From positions 3,187 to 67,186 of the forward strand of contig BTVI01000011.1 in NCBI GenBank assembly GCA_045862955.1: a stretch of DNA of 64,000 nt, written 5' to 3'. Shown one piece after another: positions 36,509 to 47,119 of this stretch (the first letter of the stretch is position 1; every line of letters starts with the position of its first letter). The position numbers were made by a program, and so were the translations under genes. The notes under the pieces are model-generated. The model was not told the DNA's origin. It did not search any database and saw only the letters and a program-made list of their open reading frames with translations. Origin of the DNA: Fimbriimonadales bacterium (GTDB lineage: Bacteria > Armatimonadota > Fimbriimonadia > Fimbriimonadales > JABRVX01).

Positions 36509-38965
36509 ATGCGGTTCGTGCTTCGAGTGGCACTCGTGCTTGTGGCTACGTGTGCGGCTGCTAGCGCCTTGGCCGACAACCCCTGTCCGTTCTTCCAGGG
36601 CGAAACCGCTCAGGTATCGGCTGGGCCCGAGGGCTTCGTCCTGGAGAACGACATCTACCGCCGAGTGATCTCGACCGAGATGCGGACGGTGTCGCTGCAA
36701 TACCAGGGCACTGAGCTACTGGCCTCCTCGACAGGTGAAGGTGAGATCGTCCTCGGAAACGGGGAACTGGTGGAGGCTGCAGGTAGCACGGTTTTGGGCT
36801 ACGACGTCTCAGAGGCACGCGATTCGCTCGTGCTTCGGATCCACTTGCAGCGCGAGGGGCTGCTGTTCACGGTGTGCTACCGAGTCTTTCGGGGCAATCG
36901 CCCGTGGTTGGCGAAGTGGTTCGAGTTCGCAGAGCCGACCGAAGTGTACAAGGTCCAGCTGGACGACCTGCGCTTCCGGCCGGAGTTCGATCGCCAGTTC
37001 CTCGGGGAATGGGGCGACAATGGGATCGTGGCTGGGGGCTCGGGGTATGCGTTCGGGATCCAAGTCAACGAGGGCATGCCGTTGGCGAGTTGCACCCGCT
37101 ATTCGTTGGGCATCCGGTCGAGTCTGAAGGTGCAGGCGCAGGTGACGGAGACCGAGCCGTCTGTACTGGCGATCTGCCGAGGTAGCCGGTTCACTGCAGC
37201 CTTCGCTCTCCAGCTCTATTGGGGCGCCTACCTGTCGCATGCAAGCATGTTCAACAGGCCCATCGTTTTCAACACCTGGTATGGCTACAAGTGGTGGCTG
37301 ACCGAAGCGGACTGCCTGCGGGCGATTGACAGGGTGGCAGATCTCGGTTGTGACATCTTCGTGGTAGACGACGGGTGGCAGAAGAAGTATGGTGACTGGG
37401 TGGCCACTCGCGACCGCTTCCCACGTGGCCTCGAGGCTCTGGGGGCCGAGTGCCGATCGAAGGGGATCGAATTCGGATTCTGGATGGCACCGGCACTCAC
37501 CGCCCAGGATGCCGAGAGCTACCAGCGGAGCAACGTAGTGCTTCATCCGAACCAGACCCCCTACGCTCCAGGGAATGGTACGTATCACGTGAACTGCTTC
37601 GCCAGCCCGTGGAAGGAGCATATCACGGCACGGATCCTGGACGAGATCCGCGCTTCCGGTGCGACATTCATGAAGCTCGATTTCATCCTGTTCGTGGAGG
37701 GATGCTACGCACCGAACCACGGTCATACACCCGGTGAAGCCACTGCGGCACAGACTGCGGCGTGGAAGGACTTCCTAGCAGCTGTTCGTGCCGAGGTCCC
37801 GAACTTTCACATCTATAGAACCGGGACCCGCGCCGAGAGGACGTCTTACAACGACTTCGGTTGGTACTCCGACTGGCTGCTGGCTTCCTTGTACGATCCG
37901 CGTCGCTACGAAAGTAGGTGGTGGTATCGGAGCGCCGACTCCACCCGATACGCCGCGTACAGCTCGGGCATGCTGACGCCGAACTGGTGCCGCACCGGCA
38001 CGTCACCACTCTCGATACCGTTCTGTGCCGACTCGCTCGATGCACTGGAGTACAACCTAACGTCGGTGTGCGCTCTGTTCTGCAACTTCGAGCTCTCGAA
38101 CATGGTAGAGTATATGACCGCCGAAGAGGAGTCGCTGGTGCGCAAGTGGATGGCATGGTTCCGGGCTAACACCGACTACCTCGCATATGCACAGTTCGAT
38201 AACGCGACGGCAAGGCCCTATGACCCTTGGAACGAGGGACTATATGGGCTCGAGTGGGTGGATGGGGTGTACCATCTGAGACCCAAGCTGCGTGGGCGCT
38301 ACGGCTACCTATGCTTTTGGAACCCCAGCGAGAGTGCCAAGGTTGTCACCGTGAACATCCTCCCCAGCGACTACTTCCTACCAGGGGACATCGCTACCGC
38401 TTGGTTCCACGCGATGCAAGGCGGCTGGGAGGCCCCGAATGGCTCGGATCGTATCCAGTGCCAGTTCGAGATGCCACCGCTAAGCTGGGAGATCATCAGC
38501 CTGTTCGACCCGAACGATCCCGAGTATCGTGACTTCGTGACCCTAAGGGGACGAGTGGACTTCGGCTATCGATCGGAACTAGCACCTCCCGTGCCGAGCG
38601 TTACACTGCGGATCACCTCCACAGCCGGAGAAGAGTATCACGAAGCCCGGCTGAGTGAGACTGGCGAATTCGAGGTATTCGTCGAGTTACCGCGCGGTGA
38701 GTGCGTCGTGTCTGTCAAACCGTCTCACTACCTGCGCAACGCCGTGCGCCTCTACAACGACGGGAGGGGAATCGCCGAGGCGGTCTTCATGCTAGTGAAT
38801 GGGGATGCAAACGGCGACAACGCAGTGGATGTTCAGGATCTCAGCTCGGTACTGCTGAACTTCGGGCGCTCCCATGCGATGGCCGATCTGGATGAAGATG
38901 GTCTGGTAGGACTACCCGACCTGGCCATCGTCCTAGTATCCTTTGCGAAGATCGGCGATCCATAG
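36509..38965 (+). CDS. Secreted GH36-like alpha-galactosidase with C-terminal beta-sandwich + dockerin-like module
   Basis: Signal peptide MRFVLRVALVLVATCAAASALA. FNTWYGY...CDIFVVDDGWQKKYGDW...FGFWMAP...TFMKLDFI (melibiase-type motifs). C-terminus VNGDANGDNAVDVQDL...DLDEDGLVGLPDLAIVL. Confidence 0.75.
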   Translation: MRFVLRVALVLVATCAAASALADNPCPFFQGETAQVSAGPEGFVLENDIYRRVISTEMRTVSLQYQGTELLASSTGEGEIVLGNGELVEAAGSTVLGYDVSEARDSLVLRIHLQREGLLFTVCYRVFRGNRPWLAKWFEFAEPTEVYKVQLDDLRFRPEFDRQFLGEWGDNGIVAGGSGYAFGIQVNEGMPLASCTRYSLGIRSSLKVQAQVTETEPSVLAICRGSRFTAAFALQLYWGAYLSHASMFNRPIVFNTWYGYKWWLTEADCLRAIDRVADLGCDIFVVDDGWQKKYGDWVATRDRFPRGLEALGAECRSKGIEFGFWMAPALTAQDAESYQRSNVVLHPNQTPYAPGNGTYHVNCFASPWKEHITARILDEIRASGATFMKLDFILFVEGCYAPNHGHTPGEATAAQTAAWKDFLAAVRAEVPNFHIYRTGTRAERTSYNDFGWYSDWLLASLYDPRRYESRWWYRSADSTRYAAYSSGMLTPNWCRTGTSPLSIPFCADSLDALEYNLTSVCALFCNFELSNMVEYMTAEEESLVRKWMAWFRANTDYLAYAQFDNATARPYDPWNEGLYGLEWVDGVYHLRPKLRGRYGYLCFWNPSESAKVVTVNILPSDYFLPGDIATAWFHAMQGGWEAPNGSDRIQCQFEMPPLSWEIISLFDPNDPEYRDFVTLRGRVDFGYRSELAPPVPSVTLRITSTAGEEYHEARLSETGEFEVFVELPRGECVVSVKPSHYLRNAVRLYNDGRGIAEAVFMLVNGDANGDNAVDVQDLSSVLLNFGRSHAMADLDEDGLVGLPDLAIVLVSFAKIGDP

Positions 38966-39140
38966 CCAGTGCGGCCAGCGTGCCCCACCTGCAGATTGGC
39001 CCGCGGGAGGATTGTATATTCAGTGATTCTCAATGGCACAATAGATGAGTACAGGCAGGCGCGGTCGAGCTCACTCTGCTAGCCGGACGCTGCTGCATCA
39101 CCCGACGGGTTCAGACCATTCTAGGACGAAGTGGAAACTG

Positions 39141-41720
39141 ATGGCAACCTTGCACCCCGTACCGGCTCTGAGCAAGAGCACATATCTCGAAAAGCTACGC
39201 TTCATTGCCGACTTCATGGCGGGCCAGTATCTGCCCGACAAGCCGTGGTGGGTCGCGAACTCGCCCGAGTACCCATATGTCATGCCTGTCGGCACCATTC
39301 AGACCACGGACATCGCCGCGCAAATGATCATCGCGATCGCTGTGCTCAAACAGAATGGCATGGCCACCCCGACGCTCATCGCACAGGCAGAAGCTGCTGT
39401 GCAGCAGATGATCTGGGTAGCATACCAGCCATCCGGAAAGTACATCGACCGCATCATGGACGGCAGTTTCGGCGGCACCCACGGCGCCACATACTGCTGG
39501 ACATGCGAGGCGCTATCCAGGGCTTACTTCGCTTTCGACAACGTGGACAAGGATCGGATTAGGCAGGTCCTCGGCAATCTGTGGATGCATGACCCGAACA
39601 GCTGGCAGGCGAGGGAACGGGAGCAGGCGATGAAATGGGGCTTCATCCCGAAATACTACTCACACCTGGTGGGAATCCCTGGAATGGCATCACGAATGCA
39701 GTCGCATCTCGACACCTACTGCGAAGTCGAGATGGCACCAGGAGCTAGCTACTTCGATGGTTGGGAATACCATTACGGCCGGTGGAGCCCGCAGACGTTT
39801 CACACATCGAACCTCGCCTACTACGCGATACAAGCCGTCGCCGGCATCCGACACTTGGATCGCTGGATCGCCGAGGGGCTATTGACCGTCACGCCTGTGC
39901 AATTGGACAAGATCCGAAATGGTGCTGCGCACATCCTCGCATCCTTTTCGATGGCGGGGAACCTGGTGGACGTCGGGCAGTACATCACGTCGCTGGATGG
40001 GGGTCTTGCATACCGCTCTCTACAGGGTGTTCGGAATCGGGCCGACGCCATGGCAACCCTCGCAGTCAATCCATCGCTGCACTGGTGGCCCGAGTTGCCG
40101 AACTATTGCCGATACCTGTGCGACCGGTGGCTGGAGCACCTGGGTGCTTTGGATGGCGAACTACTCGGCGCCGGTGGAGCACAGCATCCCTGGCCTGGAG
40201 TCCCGCCGGTCTGTGAGCATGGGGGGCTGATGTATGTGTCGGGAGAGCCGTCCTACATTCAGGGACCCAACAGCGCGACTCACACGGTCTCCGAGATGGC
40301 CATGGCGCTGGCCACCATCATAGATCTCGGCCCAGCTTTCTTCAGCATTCAGCCGAAACACGTGGACGTGTCGTTCCGTTACAACCATGGTACCAAGGCA
40401 TCCGTAGTCGTAACGCCTTCGTACGCAGCCGTCTTTCCGTTCGGCAGCCTGCCCGCGCAGCAGAACTGGCCAGGTAACCGCGGCCCCGTCCCATGCAACA
40501 TCATTGATGCGAAGGGAGGCATGATCGGCCCGACTACATCCTATGGAGGCGCCGTCATTCATGCCGATAACGCTGCCAAGATGTTCGCGGCAGGTTATTC
40601 TACCGCGACCGGCACTTCCTTTTGGTCTTCGAGGGGGGGTACCACCGGTCCGGACTCGTTTCGCATCACCGACGCCAGCGGCGTCATCGACTCCTTCGAC
40701 TATAACCCCCCGCCCCTCGACTTGGTGCAACACCTCAGAACGCAGTGGACCGGAATGGCCACTGTCACTTCACGAACCACGCTTCGGACCGCTGACGCTT
40801 CGGTGGCAGCGCCGTACGATGTCGAGGAGACGTGGACGTGCTATCGCGACTTTCTCCATCGCAACGTCCGATGGCGCCTGACCGGTCAGTTGCAGACGAG
40901 CGCGACACCATACCTGTACTTTGCGGCTGCACTCAGACCCGGCAGAATCATCGCTTGGTTCCAAGACGGTGCAGAAACTCTGTGGGACGGTACTACACCT
41001 TTGCAGCAGCTGCAGCCCGGTCACAGCATTGCCACTCTGTCACACATCCTGTTCAAGCGTGACAGCCGCGGTGGTACGGAGTGGAATCACGGGTATGTTG
41101 CAGTCCCTCTCTCCTCCAGCTTTGCGTTGCCTACAACGCAGAACAGTGTGCAGGGTAGGCGCCCTGCAGAGTGGAACCATCCTATCAACCGTTGGTCGGA
41201 ATGCGGCGTTCGAGTCGTGTACGGGCACTCGGTGCCTCTGCCCGATGCTTCGGAAGCCGACTGGTTGCTCATCCCACTTCATCCTTCGAACGGCGACTTC
41301 GATTCGACGGCTGCGCGTGCGGCGTTATTCGCACGTACATGGTGGTTGGAGGGACGCAACTCCCATGCGTTCCGAATGTTCTTCCCGAATGGCGACAGCT
41401 GGGGTGCCACTCATGCCTACGTGCAGGGTGACCAGGATTGTGTCTTTGCGTGGCCCTCCTCGGGTTACTGTAAGCTATGGGTATCTGCAGGACGTTCCTA
41501 TCGCCTTCTGACATCGGAAGACACTATCGTCTCCTTGTCCATCGCTGGAATGGACGGCACTGTCGTGCGCTTACTCGGCTTGGGACCGGTTCGGGTGATG
41601 ATGCTCCGGGATGGAAGGGCATCCGTTGGCACGTTCGCACTGCGGGGCGGGACTGTGTATGAGTTCGTGTTACAGAAGGTGATGGGGACCCAGGCGCCGC
41701 CTCCGACCCAAGACGTGTAG
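39141..41720 (+). CDS. Large hypothetical protein (~860 aa), no signal peptide
   Basis: ORF 39045..41720. ATG 39141 (MATLHPVPALSKSTYLEKLRF) or 39045. No motif I can name. Helix-rich N-terminal half and beta-rich C-terminal half suggest a polysaccharide lyase/hydrolase-like layout (weak). Confidence 0.6.
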   Translation: MATLHPVPALSKSTYLEKLRFIADFMAGQYLPDKPWWVANSPEYPYVMPVGTIQTTDIAAQMIIAIAVLKQNGMATPTLIAQAEAAVQQMIWVAYQPSGKYIDRIMDGSFGGTHGATYCWTCEALSRAYFAFDNVDKDRIRQVLGNLWMHDPNSWQAREREQAMKWGFIPKYYSHLVGIPGMASRMQSHLDTYCEVEMAPGASYFDGWEYHYGRWSPQTFHTSNLAYYAIQAVAGIRHLDRWIAEGLLTVTPVQLDKIRNGAAHILASFSMAGNLVDVGQYITSLDGGLAYRSLQGVRNRADAMATLAVNPSLHWWPELPNYCRYLCDRWLEHLGALDGELLGAGGAQHPWPGVPPVCEHGGLMYVSGEPSYIQGPNSATHTVSEMAMALATIIDLGPAFFSIQPKHVDVSFRYNHGTKASVVVTPSYAAVFPFGSLPAQQNWPGNRGPVPCNIIDAKGGMIGPTTSYGGAVIHADNAAKMFAAGYSTATGTSFWSSRGGTTGPDSFRITDASGVIDSFDYNPPPLDLVQHLRTQWTGMATVTSRTTLRTADASVAAPYDVEETWTCYRDFLHRNVRWRLTGQLQTSATPYLYFAAALRPGRIIAWFQDGAETLWDGTTPLQQLQPGHSIATLSHILFKRDSRGGTEWNHGYVAVPLSSSFALPTTQNSVQGRRPAEWNHPINRWSECGVRVVYGHSVPLPDASEADWLLIPLHPSNGDFDSTAARAALFARTWWLEGRNSHAFRMFFPNGDSWGATHAYVQGDQDCVFAWPSSGYCKLWVSAGRSYRLLTSEDTIVSLSIAGMDGTVVRLLGLGPVRVMMLRDGRASVGTFALRGGTVYEFVLQKVMGTQAPPPTQDV

Positions 41721-41733
41721 CCGAGCTGCGCTA

Positions 41734-43554
41734 TCAAGCTTCCTGGAGGTATTCCTTGATGCGGCGGGCCATGCTCTCTGTCATCGTAGGTACGGCGGCT
41801 AGCGCCTGAATGGGAGCATCCCTGATCGCCGCAACCGAACCGAAGGTGCGAAGTAGCAGCCTCCTCCTTCTCGGACCCACTCCCGGAATCTCCTCGAGCA
41901 CCGAACCCACCGCCCGCTTTGCCCGCAGCTTCCGGTGATAGCTCAACGCGAACCGGTGCGCCTCGTCCCGGAGCCGACGTAGCAGCATCAAGCCGCGCGA
42001 GTTGGCCGGCAAAGCAAGGGGCTCAGGGTCGCCGGGACGGAAGATGAGTTCCTGTCGTTTGGCCAGACCGACTGCGGGCACAGACAGCTCGACCTCCGAC
42101 ATCGCCTGAAGCGCGGCATTGAGCTGTCCCTTCCCCCCGTCTATCACCATCAGGTCCGGCAGCTTGGCAAACTTCTCGTCGCCCTCGACAGCGGAGCGGA
42201 GCCTGCGCAGAATCACCTCTCGCATCATCGCGAAGTCGTCCGGGCTCTCCGGATTGAAGCGGATTCGGAACCTCCGATACTCGTCTTTCGCGGCCTCGCC
42301 GTTCTCCATCACTACCATGCTTCCCACGGGTACAGTGCCTTGGATGTTCGAGATGTCGTAACACTCGATCCGCATGGGCAGCGTATCCAAACCTAACACT
42401 TCTTGCAGCTCTGTCAGCGCCTGATCCGCCCAGGCCTCTCGTTGCTCCAGGTCGCTGCGGAACTCTGCCAAGGCGAGCTCGGCATTGTTCGCTGCCATCT
42501 CTACGAGCTCTAGCTTCTTCCCACCCCTCGGCACGTTCACCGTCACCGTAGTGCCGCTCTTCTGGCGTAACCACTGCTGAACGATGTTCCGCTCCTCGAT
42601 CTCCACCGGCAACAACACCTCCCGCGGCACCTCAGCAGCGTCGGCATAGAATTGCTTCACGAATTGCTGCACCGCGAGCTCGGGGCTGTCGTCGGGCCCG
42701 GCATCCAAGAAGAAACTCCGCTGGCCCACCAGTTTCCCGGACCGTACGTAGAACATCTGCACGCACGCTCCTCGCTCGTCCTTCACCAAAGCCACGACGT
42801 CTTGGTCGGCATCCGGATCCCCCAGGACCTTCTGCCTTTGCATCACCGCCTCGATGCTCGCCAGCTTGTCGCGAAGCGAGGCCGCACGCTCGAACTCCAT
42901 GGCCTCCGCAGCTTCCTCCATCTCGCGGCGTATGCGTTGGGACAGTTCCTCCTGACGCCCTTCCAAGAACAGGATCACGTTTCGGATCACATCACGGTAC
43001 CGCCGCCGATCCGATAGCCCGGCACACGGGCCGAGGCACTGCCCGAGGTGGTAGTACAGACAAGGTCGCTGCTCCTTCTTGTTCGTCCACACTTTCTGGC
43101 ATGGGATGAGTGGAAAGAGCTTGTGTAGAAGGCGAACCGTGTCCCTGACGGCGTAGGCACTGCTGAACGGGCCGAAGTAGCGCGTGCCCCCCTTCTTGCG
43201 GAGCCTCGTGAACATCACGCGAGGGAAGGGCTCGCCGAGCGTGACCGCGATGTACGGGTAGGACTTGTCGTCCCGCAAGCGCACGTTGAATGGCGGCCTG
43301 TAGCGCTTGATCAGGTTGCACTCCAGCACAAGCGCCTCTAGCTCGGTGTCCGTTACGAAAGTCTCCAGGTCCGCGACGCGGGACACCAACCGCGCCACCT
43401 TCAGCGAGTGCCTGGCCGACTTCTGGAAGTAGGAGCGGACTCTCGAGCGCAACGACACGGCTTTGCCCACGTAGAGCACCTCGCCGTCCGCGCCGCGAAA
43501 GAGATAGCAGCCCGGCTTATTGGGCAAAGCCTTCAGCTTGGCGGCTAGCTCCAT
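41734..43554 (-). CDS. uvrC: Excinuclease ABC subunit C
   Basis: MELAAKLKALPNKPGCYLFRGADGEVLYVGKAVSLRSRVRSY (GIY-YIG), UVR domain, C-terminal (HhH)2. ATG 43554 rather than track start 43737. Confidence 0.95.
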   Translation of the reverse strand: MELAAKLKALPNKPGCYLFRGADGEVLYVGKAVSLRSRVRSYFQKSARHSLKVARLVSRVADLETFVTDTELEALVLECNLIKRYRPPFNVRLRDDKSYPYIAVTLGEPFPRVMFTRLRKKGGTRYFGPFSSAYAVRDTVRLLHKLFPLIPCQKVWTNKKEQRPCLYYHLGQCLGPCAGLSDRRRYRDVIRNVILFLEGRQEELSQRIRREMEEAAEAMEFERAASLRDKLASIEAVMQRQKVLGDPDADQDVVALVKDERGACVQMFYVRSGKLVGQRSFFLDAGPDDSPELAVQQFVKQFYADAAEVPREVLLPVEIEERNIVQQWLRQKSGTTVTVNVPRGGKKLELVEMAANNAELALAEFRSDLEQREAWADQALTELQEVLGLDTLPMRIECYDISNIQGTVPVGSMVVMENGEAAKDEYRRFRIRFNPESPDDFAMMREVILRRLRSAVEGDEKFAKLPDLMVIDGGKGQLNAALQAMSEVELSVPAVGLAKRQELIFRPGDPEPLALPANSRGLMLLRRLRDEAHRFALSYHRKLRAKRAVGSVLEEIPGVGPRRRRLLLRTFGSVAAIRDAPIQALAAVPTMTESMARRIKEYLQEA

Positions 43555-43752
43555 GCTCCTCTCACCGTTCCTAGGGTAACGCAGATTCGTGAGAACAGAC
43601 GCGGCAGGAGGCAGCGGAATCGCTCGTGCAAAGTTTCGCCGAGTGACCAGAAATATGGCCGGTGCGCACCAATCTTGTGACGCCAAGCGCGGACTCTCGT
43701 GCAATTCGCTTGCCGTTTGGGGCAGAATCGGGCCCAAGGAGCGACAGTCAGA

Positions 43753-45141
43753 ATGATCACTACAGGTTCACCGTCCTATAGTTTAACCCTTCGGATACGA
43801 CTTCCGAACCGCCCGGGGTCGTTCGCGTTGGTGGCGGAGGCCATCGGGTCTACCGGCGCCGTCCTTGGCTCGATCGACCTAGTATCCGCCGACCGCAACA
43901 ACAAGGTACGGGACGTCGTAGTCCTCGCGAGCAGCGAAGAGCACGAACAGAAGGTGGTGGCGGCAGTCAAGGCCGTGCCTGGAGTGAAGGTCCTGCACGT
44001 GCACGACCGCACCACCCAAGTGCACATCGGCGGCAAGCTAGAAATCCACTCGAAGCGGCCCCTTCGCAATTATGACGACCTCTCCATGGTGTACACCCCT
44101 GGGGTCGCACGCATCTGCAAGATGACCGAAAAGGACCCCGCTGCGATGCGACAGCTCACGATCAAGGGAAACTCGGTCGCTGTGGTCACCGACGGCACGG
44201 CGGTCCTGGGCCTTGGGGATATCGGCCCATGTGGTGCCATGCCGGTGATGGAGGGCAAGGCGGTCCTGTTCAAGGAGTTCGGAAACGTGGACGCCTATCC
44301 CATCTGCCTCGCGACCAAGGACGTGGACGAGATCGTCAGGACGGTGGTGAACATCTCGCCCGGTTTCGGCGGCATCAACCTCGAGGACATCTCTGCACCT
44401 CGCTGCTTCGATGTGGAAGAGCGCCTTATCAAGGAGTGTGACATTCCGATCTTCCACGACGATCAGCACGGAACTGCAGTGGTTGTACTGGCCGCGCTTC
44501 TGAACGCTCTGAAGGTGGTGGGCAAGTCCATCTCCGAACTGCGAATCGCGGTCGCCGGAGCTGGCGCATCGGGCACTGCGGTCACATCGCTGCTGATCGA
44601 CGCCGGAGTGAAGGACATCGTGTGCGTTGGACGAACCGGCATCCTTCATCCCGACGAAGTCAAGGATGCGCATCCGAAGCGGCGCTGGTTGGCCGAAGTG
44701 ACCAACCCGAGGCGTATCAAGGGCAGCCTTGCCGATGCGGTACGTGGGGCGAACATGTTTATCGGGCTGGCCCAGGCAGGGCTTCTCACTGTGGACATGC
44801 TGAAGACGATGGCACCGGAGCCGATCATCTTCGCCATGTCGAACCCAGTGCCGGAGATCATGCCGGAAGAGGCCGCACCCTATGCACGCATCATCGCGAC
44901 GGGCCGGTCCGACTATCCCAACCAGATCAACAACGTTTTGTGCTTCCCCGGGTTCTTCCGAGGAATGCTGGATTGCGGCGCGCGCAAGGTGACGACCGAG
45001 ATGAAACTCGCGGCCGCGCACGCCATCGCCAACAGCATCCCGGAGGACCACCTATCGGAGGAGCTCATCATCCCGAGCGTGTTCAACAAGCACGTGGGGC
45101 GGGACGTTGCTCGCGCAGTCGCATCGGTTGCTTGCGAATAG
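43753..45141 (+). CDS. ACT-domain NAD(P)-malic enzyme, paralog 2
   Basis: [33 protein letters not shown]... collinear with paralog 1. AGGAG RBS before ATG 43753. Confidence 0.9.
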   Translation: MITTGSPSYSLTLRIRLPNRPGSFALVAEAIGSTGAVLGSIDLVSADRNNKVRDVVVLASSEEHEQKVVAAVKAVPGVKVLHVHDRTTQVHIGGKLEIHSKRPLRNYDDLSMVYTPGVARICKMTEKDPAAMRQLTIKGNSVAVVTDGTAVLGLGDIGPCGAMPVMEGKAVLFKEFGNVDAYPICLATKDVDEIVRTVVNISPGFGGINLEDISAPRCFDVEERLIKECDIPIFHDDQHGTAVVVLAALLNALKVVGKSISELRIAVAGAGASGTAVTSLLIDAGVKDIVCVGRTGILHPDEVKDAHPKRRWLAEVTNPRRIKGSLADAVRGANMFIGLAQAGLLTVDMLKTMAPEPIIFAMSNPVPEIMPEEAAPYARIIATGRSDYPNQINNVLCFPGFFRGMLDCGARKVTTEMKLAAAHAIANSIPEDHLSEELIIPSVFNKHVGRDVARAVASVACE

Positions 45142-45142
45142 C

Positions 45143-46831
45143 TTAGGCGCCCGACACCGAGGGCAACCCGCAGTCGCGACGCCTATCCCGACCCGAACTC
45201 GCTACCGCCGACGGAGCAGCCATTGCTAGCAACGAAAGCACCGTAAGCAGAGAGGGCTCGGGCACTAGCGTCGAGAGCCACAGGTTGTAGCGGTAGCTGC
45301 CTCCTGCATACTCCTTGTAGAGCCAAAGCACGTCGCCCAGTTCGTTGGTCGCCCATGCCTCGGGGACGGGGGCGTTCGGGATGCCCGCATCCGCCGAGAG
45401 GTTGAGCGAGCCTACGGACAAGCCGCTCTGCAGGCTTCCGTACCCATACCACAGCGGTGACTCGCCTGCAAAGCCGAAGGCATACGCCAACCTGCCACTC
45501 CCGAGCAGCCCCGCCGAGAGGTTCTCTGGCTCCCGAGGGTCCGGCGGGTAACGCGTCCCGAAGTAGATGTTCCCGTCCTTGCCCATGGCTCTCGAGATCA
45601 GGTCGGTGCGGTGGATCGCCCGTCGGCGGTCACCGTCCCACAACTCCCACAGCTCGGTGCCGTTGGTGTCGAGCGCGTGGGTGTAAGCCCCTTCCTGTGT
45701 CATGACCATGGCCAGGAAGGTGCCCTGCGGATTGAACGCGAGGCAGGCTGTAGCGTCCACGTTCGTGATTTCCGTGCCCGGGTCGCGTTCCGACTCGAAC
45801 ATCATCGCGGAGGCGCCAGGCGGGCCCCACGCCTTGACGAAAGCGCCGCGGTACGGCGTACCGCTCGCACCAGTGTCCGAAGTAGACGCTGCCGTCCGGC
45901 AATCACCACCGCCGAGCTCTCCACCGGGCCCAGCGGGCCGCCCGTTCACAGAACTCACGAACCACTGCTGCGATGGCGCCTGCCCGTCGTCCCGGACAGC
46001 CCAGAGGGTGCCGCTCTGCGAAACCAGTTGCCCCTGCTCATTCCTTGCGATGTCCCACGTCCCGAAGTACACCATGCCCCCCGCGCCGACACAAGGCGAC
46101 GACATGGCAAGGGAGAAGCCCGGTCCTGCCGTCCCGTCGAAGTCGGGCCGGTAGCGCCACTTGACTTCGGGGTAGTGTACCGGGGACTGCTCACGTCCCG
46201 GATCGCATACAGCGTTCCGCTCTTGGCGTAGGTGGAGTTGTCCAAGTTTCCGGCATGAGCTGTGACGTAGATAGTACCGTCGGGGCCGATCGCGGGGTTG
46301 CCGAGCTCCACGTTGTCCATCCGCGGGGCCTCACCATCATAGGCATCCATGTGCAGCTGACACACCCCGCGCCCGTTACGGTCGAGGGCTAGTAGCAGGC
46401 CGGGAGCCTGCATCCGATTGCCGTCATATACTGGAATGTACAGACACCCATCGCTCCGCACTGCGGGACCGGACTCCGTGAATTACTCGATCTCCCTCGA
46501 TAGGCGCCCTAGGAGCGTGGGTACAGGGACCTTGGCGTCCGAGGTGAGGACGACACCACGCTCGACGGAGTCGGACCAGAGGTGGTAAGGAGGCTGGTAC
46601 TCCCAACGATGGTTCGGCAGTCGCACCCTCCACCGCACTCGGTCACCTGGCCCCGTGATGCCGCTGGGCATCGTCTGTACGGCTTTGGCAGAGTTCATGT
46701 TGTCGTGCGCCCGCCTAGGCCAAGGCGCAAAAGGGGTCGAGCTGCGCGGGGACGCACAGCGGGATCGAAGCGAGGGCTACCCCCCACAGAAGGAGGACGG
46801 ACACCCTGGTCGCCAGGCAACTTTGCTTCAC
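45143..46831 (-). pseudogene. PQQ-like beta-propeller PEP-CTERM protein, disrupted three times
   Basis: GTG 46831 gives signal peptide VKQSCLATRVSVLLLWGVALASIPLCVPAQ, and that frame stops at 46715. The next frame (..WPRRAHDNMNSAKA..VRWRV..) has an in-frame TAA at 46483-46485. A further frame change occurs near the G4 run at 46182-46185 (..SGTLYAIRD / PEVKWRYRPDFDG..). C-terminus VPEPSLLTVLSLLAMAAP...GRDRRR is a PEP-CTERM signal. Confidence 0.6.
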
Positions 46832-46954
46832 GGCGCCAGCCTCGTACACTGTGCCCACCTGCGGCGACCGCCGAGGCGGGTGGATACTTCGCTGGGTATT
46901 CTATCAGTGCCGCATCGGTCTGTCCAGCCCTTCGGCTAGCTAACAATGCATGAT

Positions 46955-47017
46955 GTGTTCAACTAGCACGTGGGACGAGACGTAGCGCACGCAGTCGCAT
47001 GGGTCGCCTGTGGGTAG
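46955..47017 (+). pseudogene. Displaced copy of the last 21 codons of the malic-enzyme gene
   Basis: Gap-free hand alignment to 45079-45141 (extended 1 nt past the stop) gives 52/64 identical positions, same frame and same TAG position: VFN*HVGRDVAHAVAWVACG* vs [20 protein letters not shown]. Contains an internal TAG. Confidence 0.7.
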
Positions 47018-47074
47018 CCGCGGTCGTAGCCTATTACGTAGTGTCCTGCCGGTCCGAGGTACGGCGCATGCAAA

Positions 47075-47100
47075 GGGCCCTCGCGCTAGCGCGAGGGCCC
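47075..47100. terminator. Perfect 26-bp palindrome, bidirectional terminator candidate
   Basis: GGGCCCTCGCGCT|AGCGCGAGGGCCC. Lies 20 nt after the minus-strand stop at 47120 (followed there by TTTGCATG) and 58 nt after the malic-enzyme remnant stop on the plus strand. Confidence 0.6.
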
Positions 47101-47119
47101 GAGTTTCTGGTACGAATAG

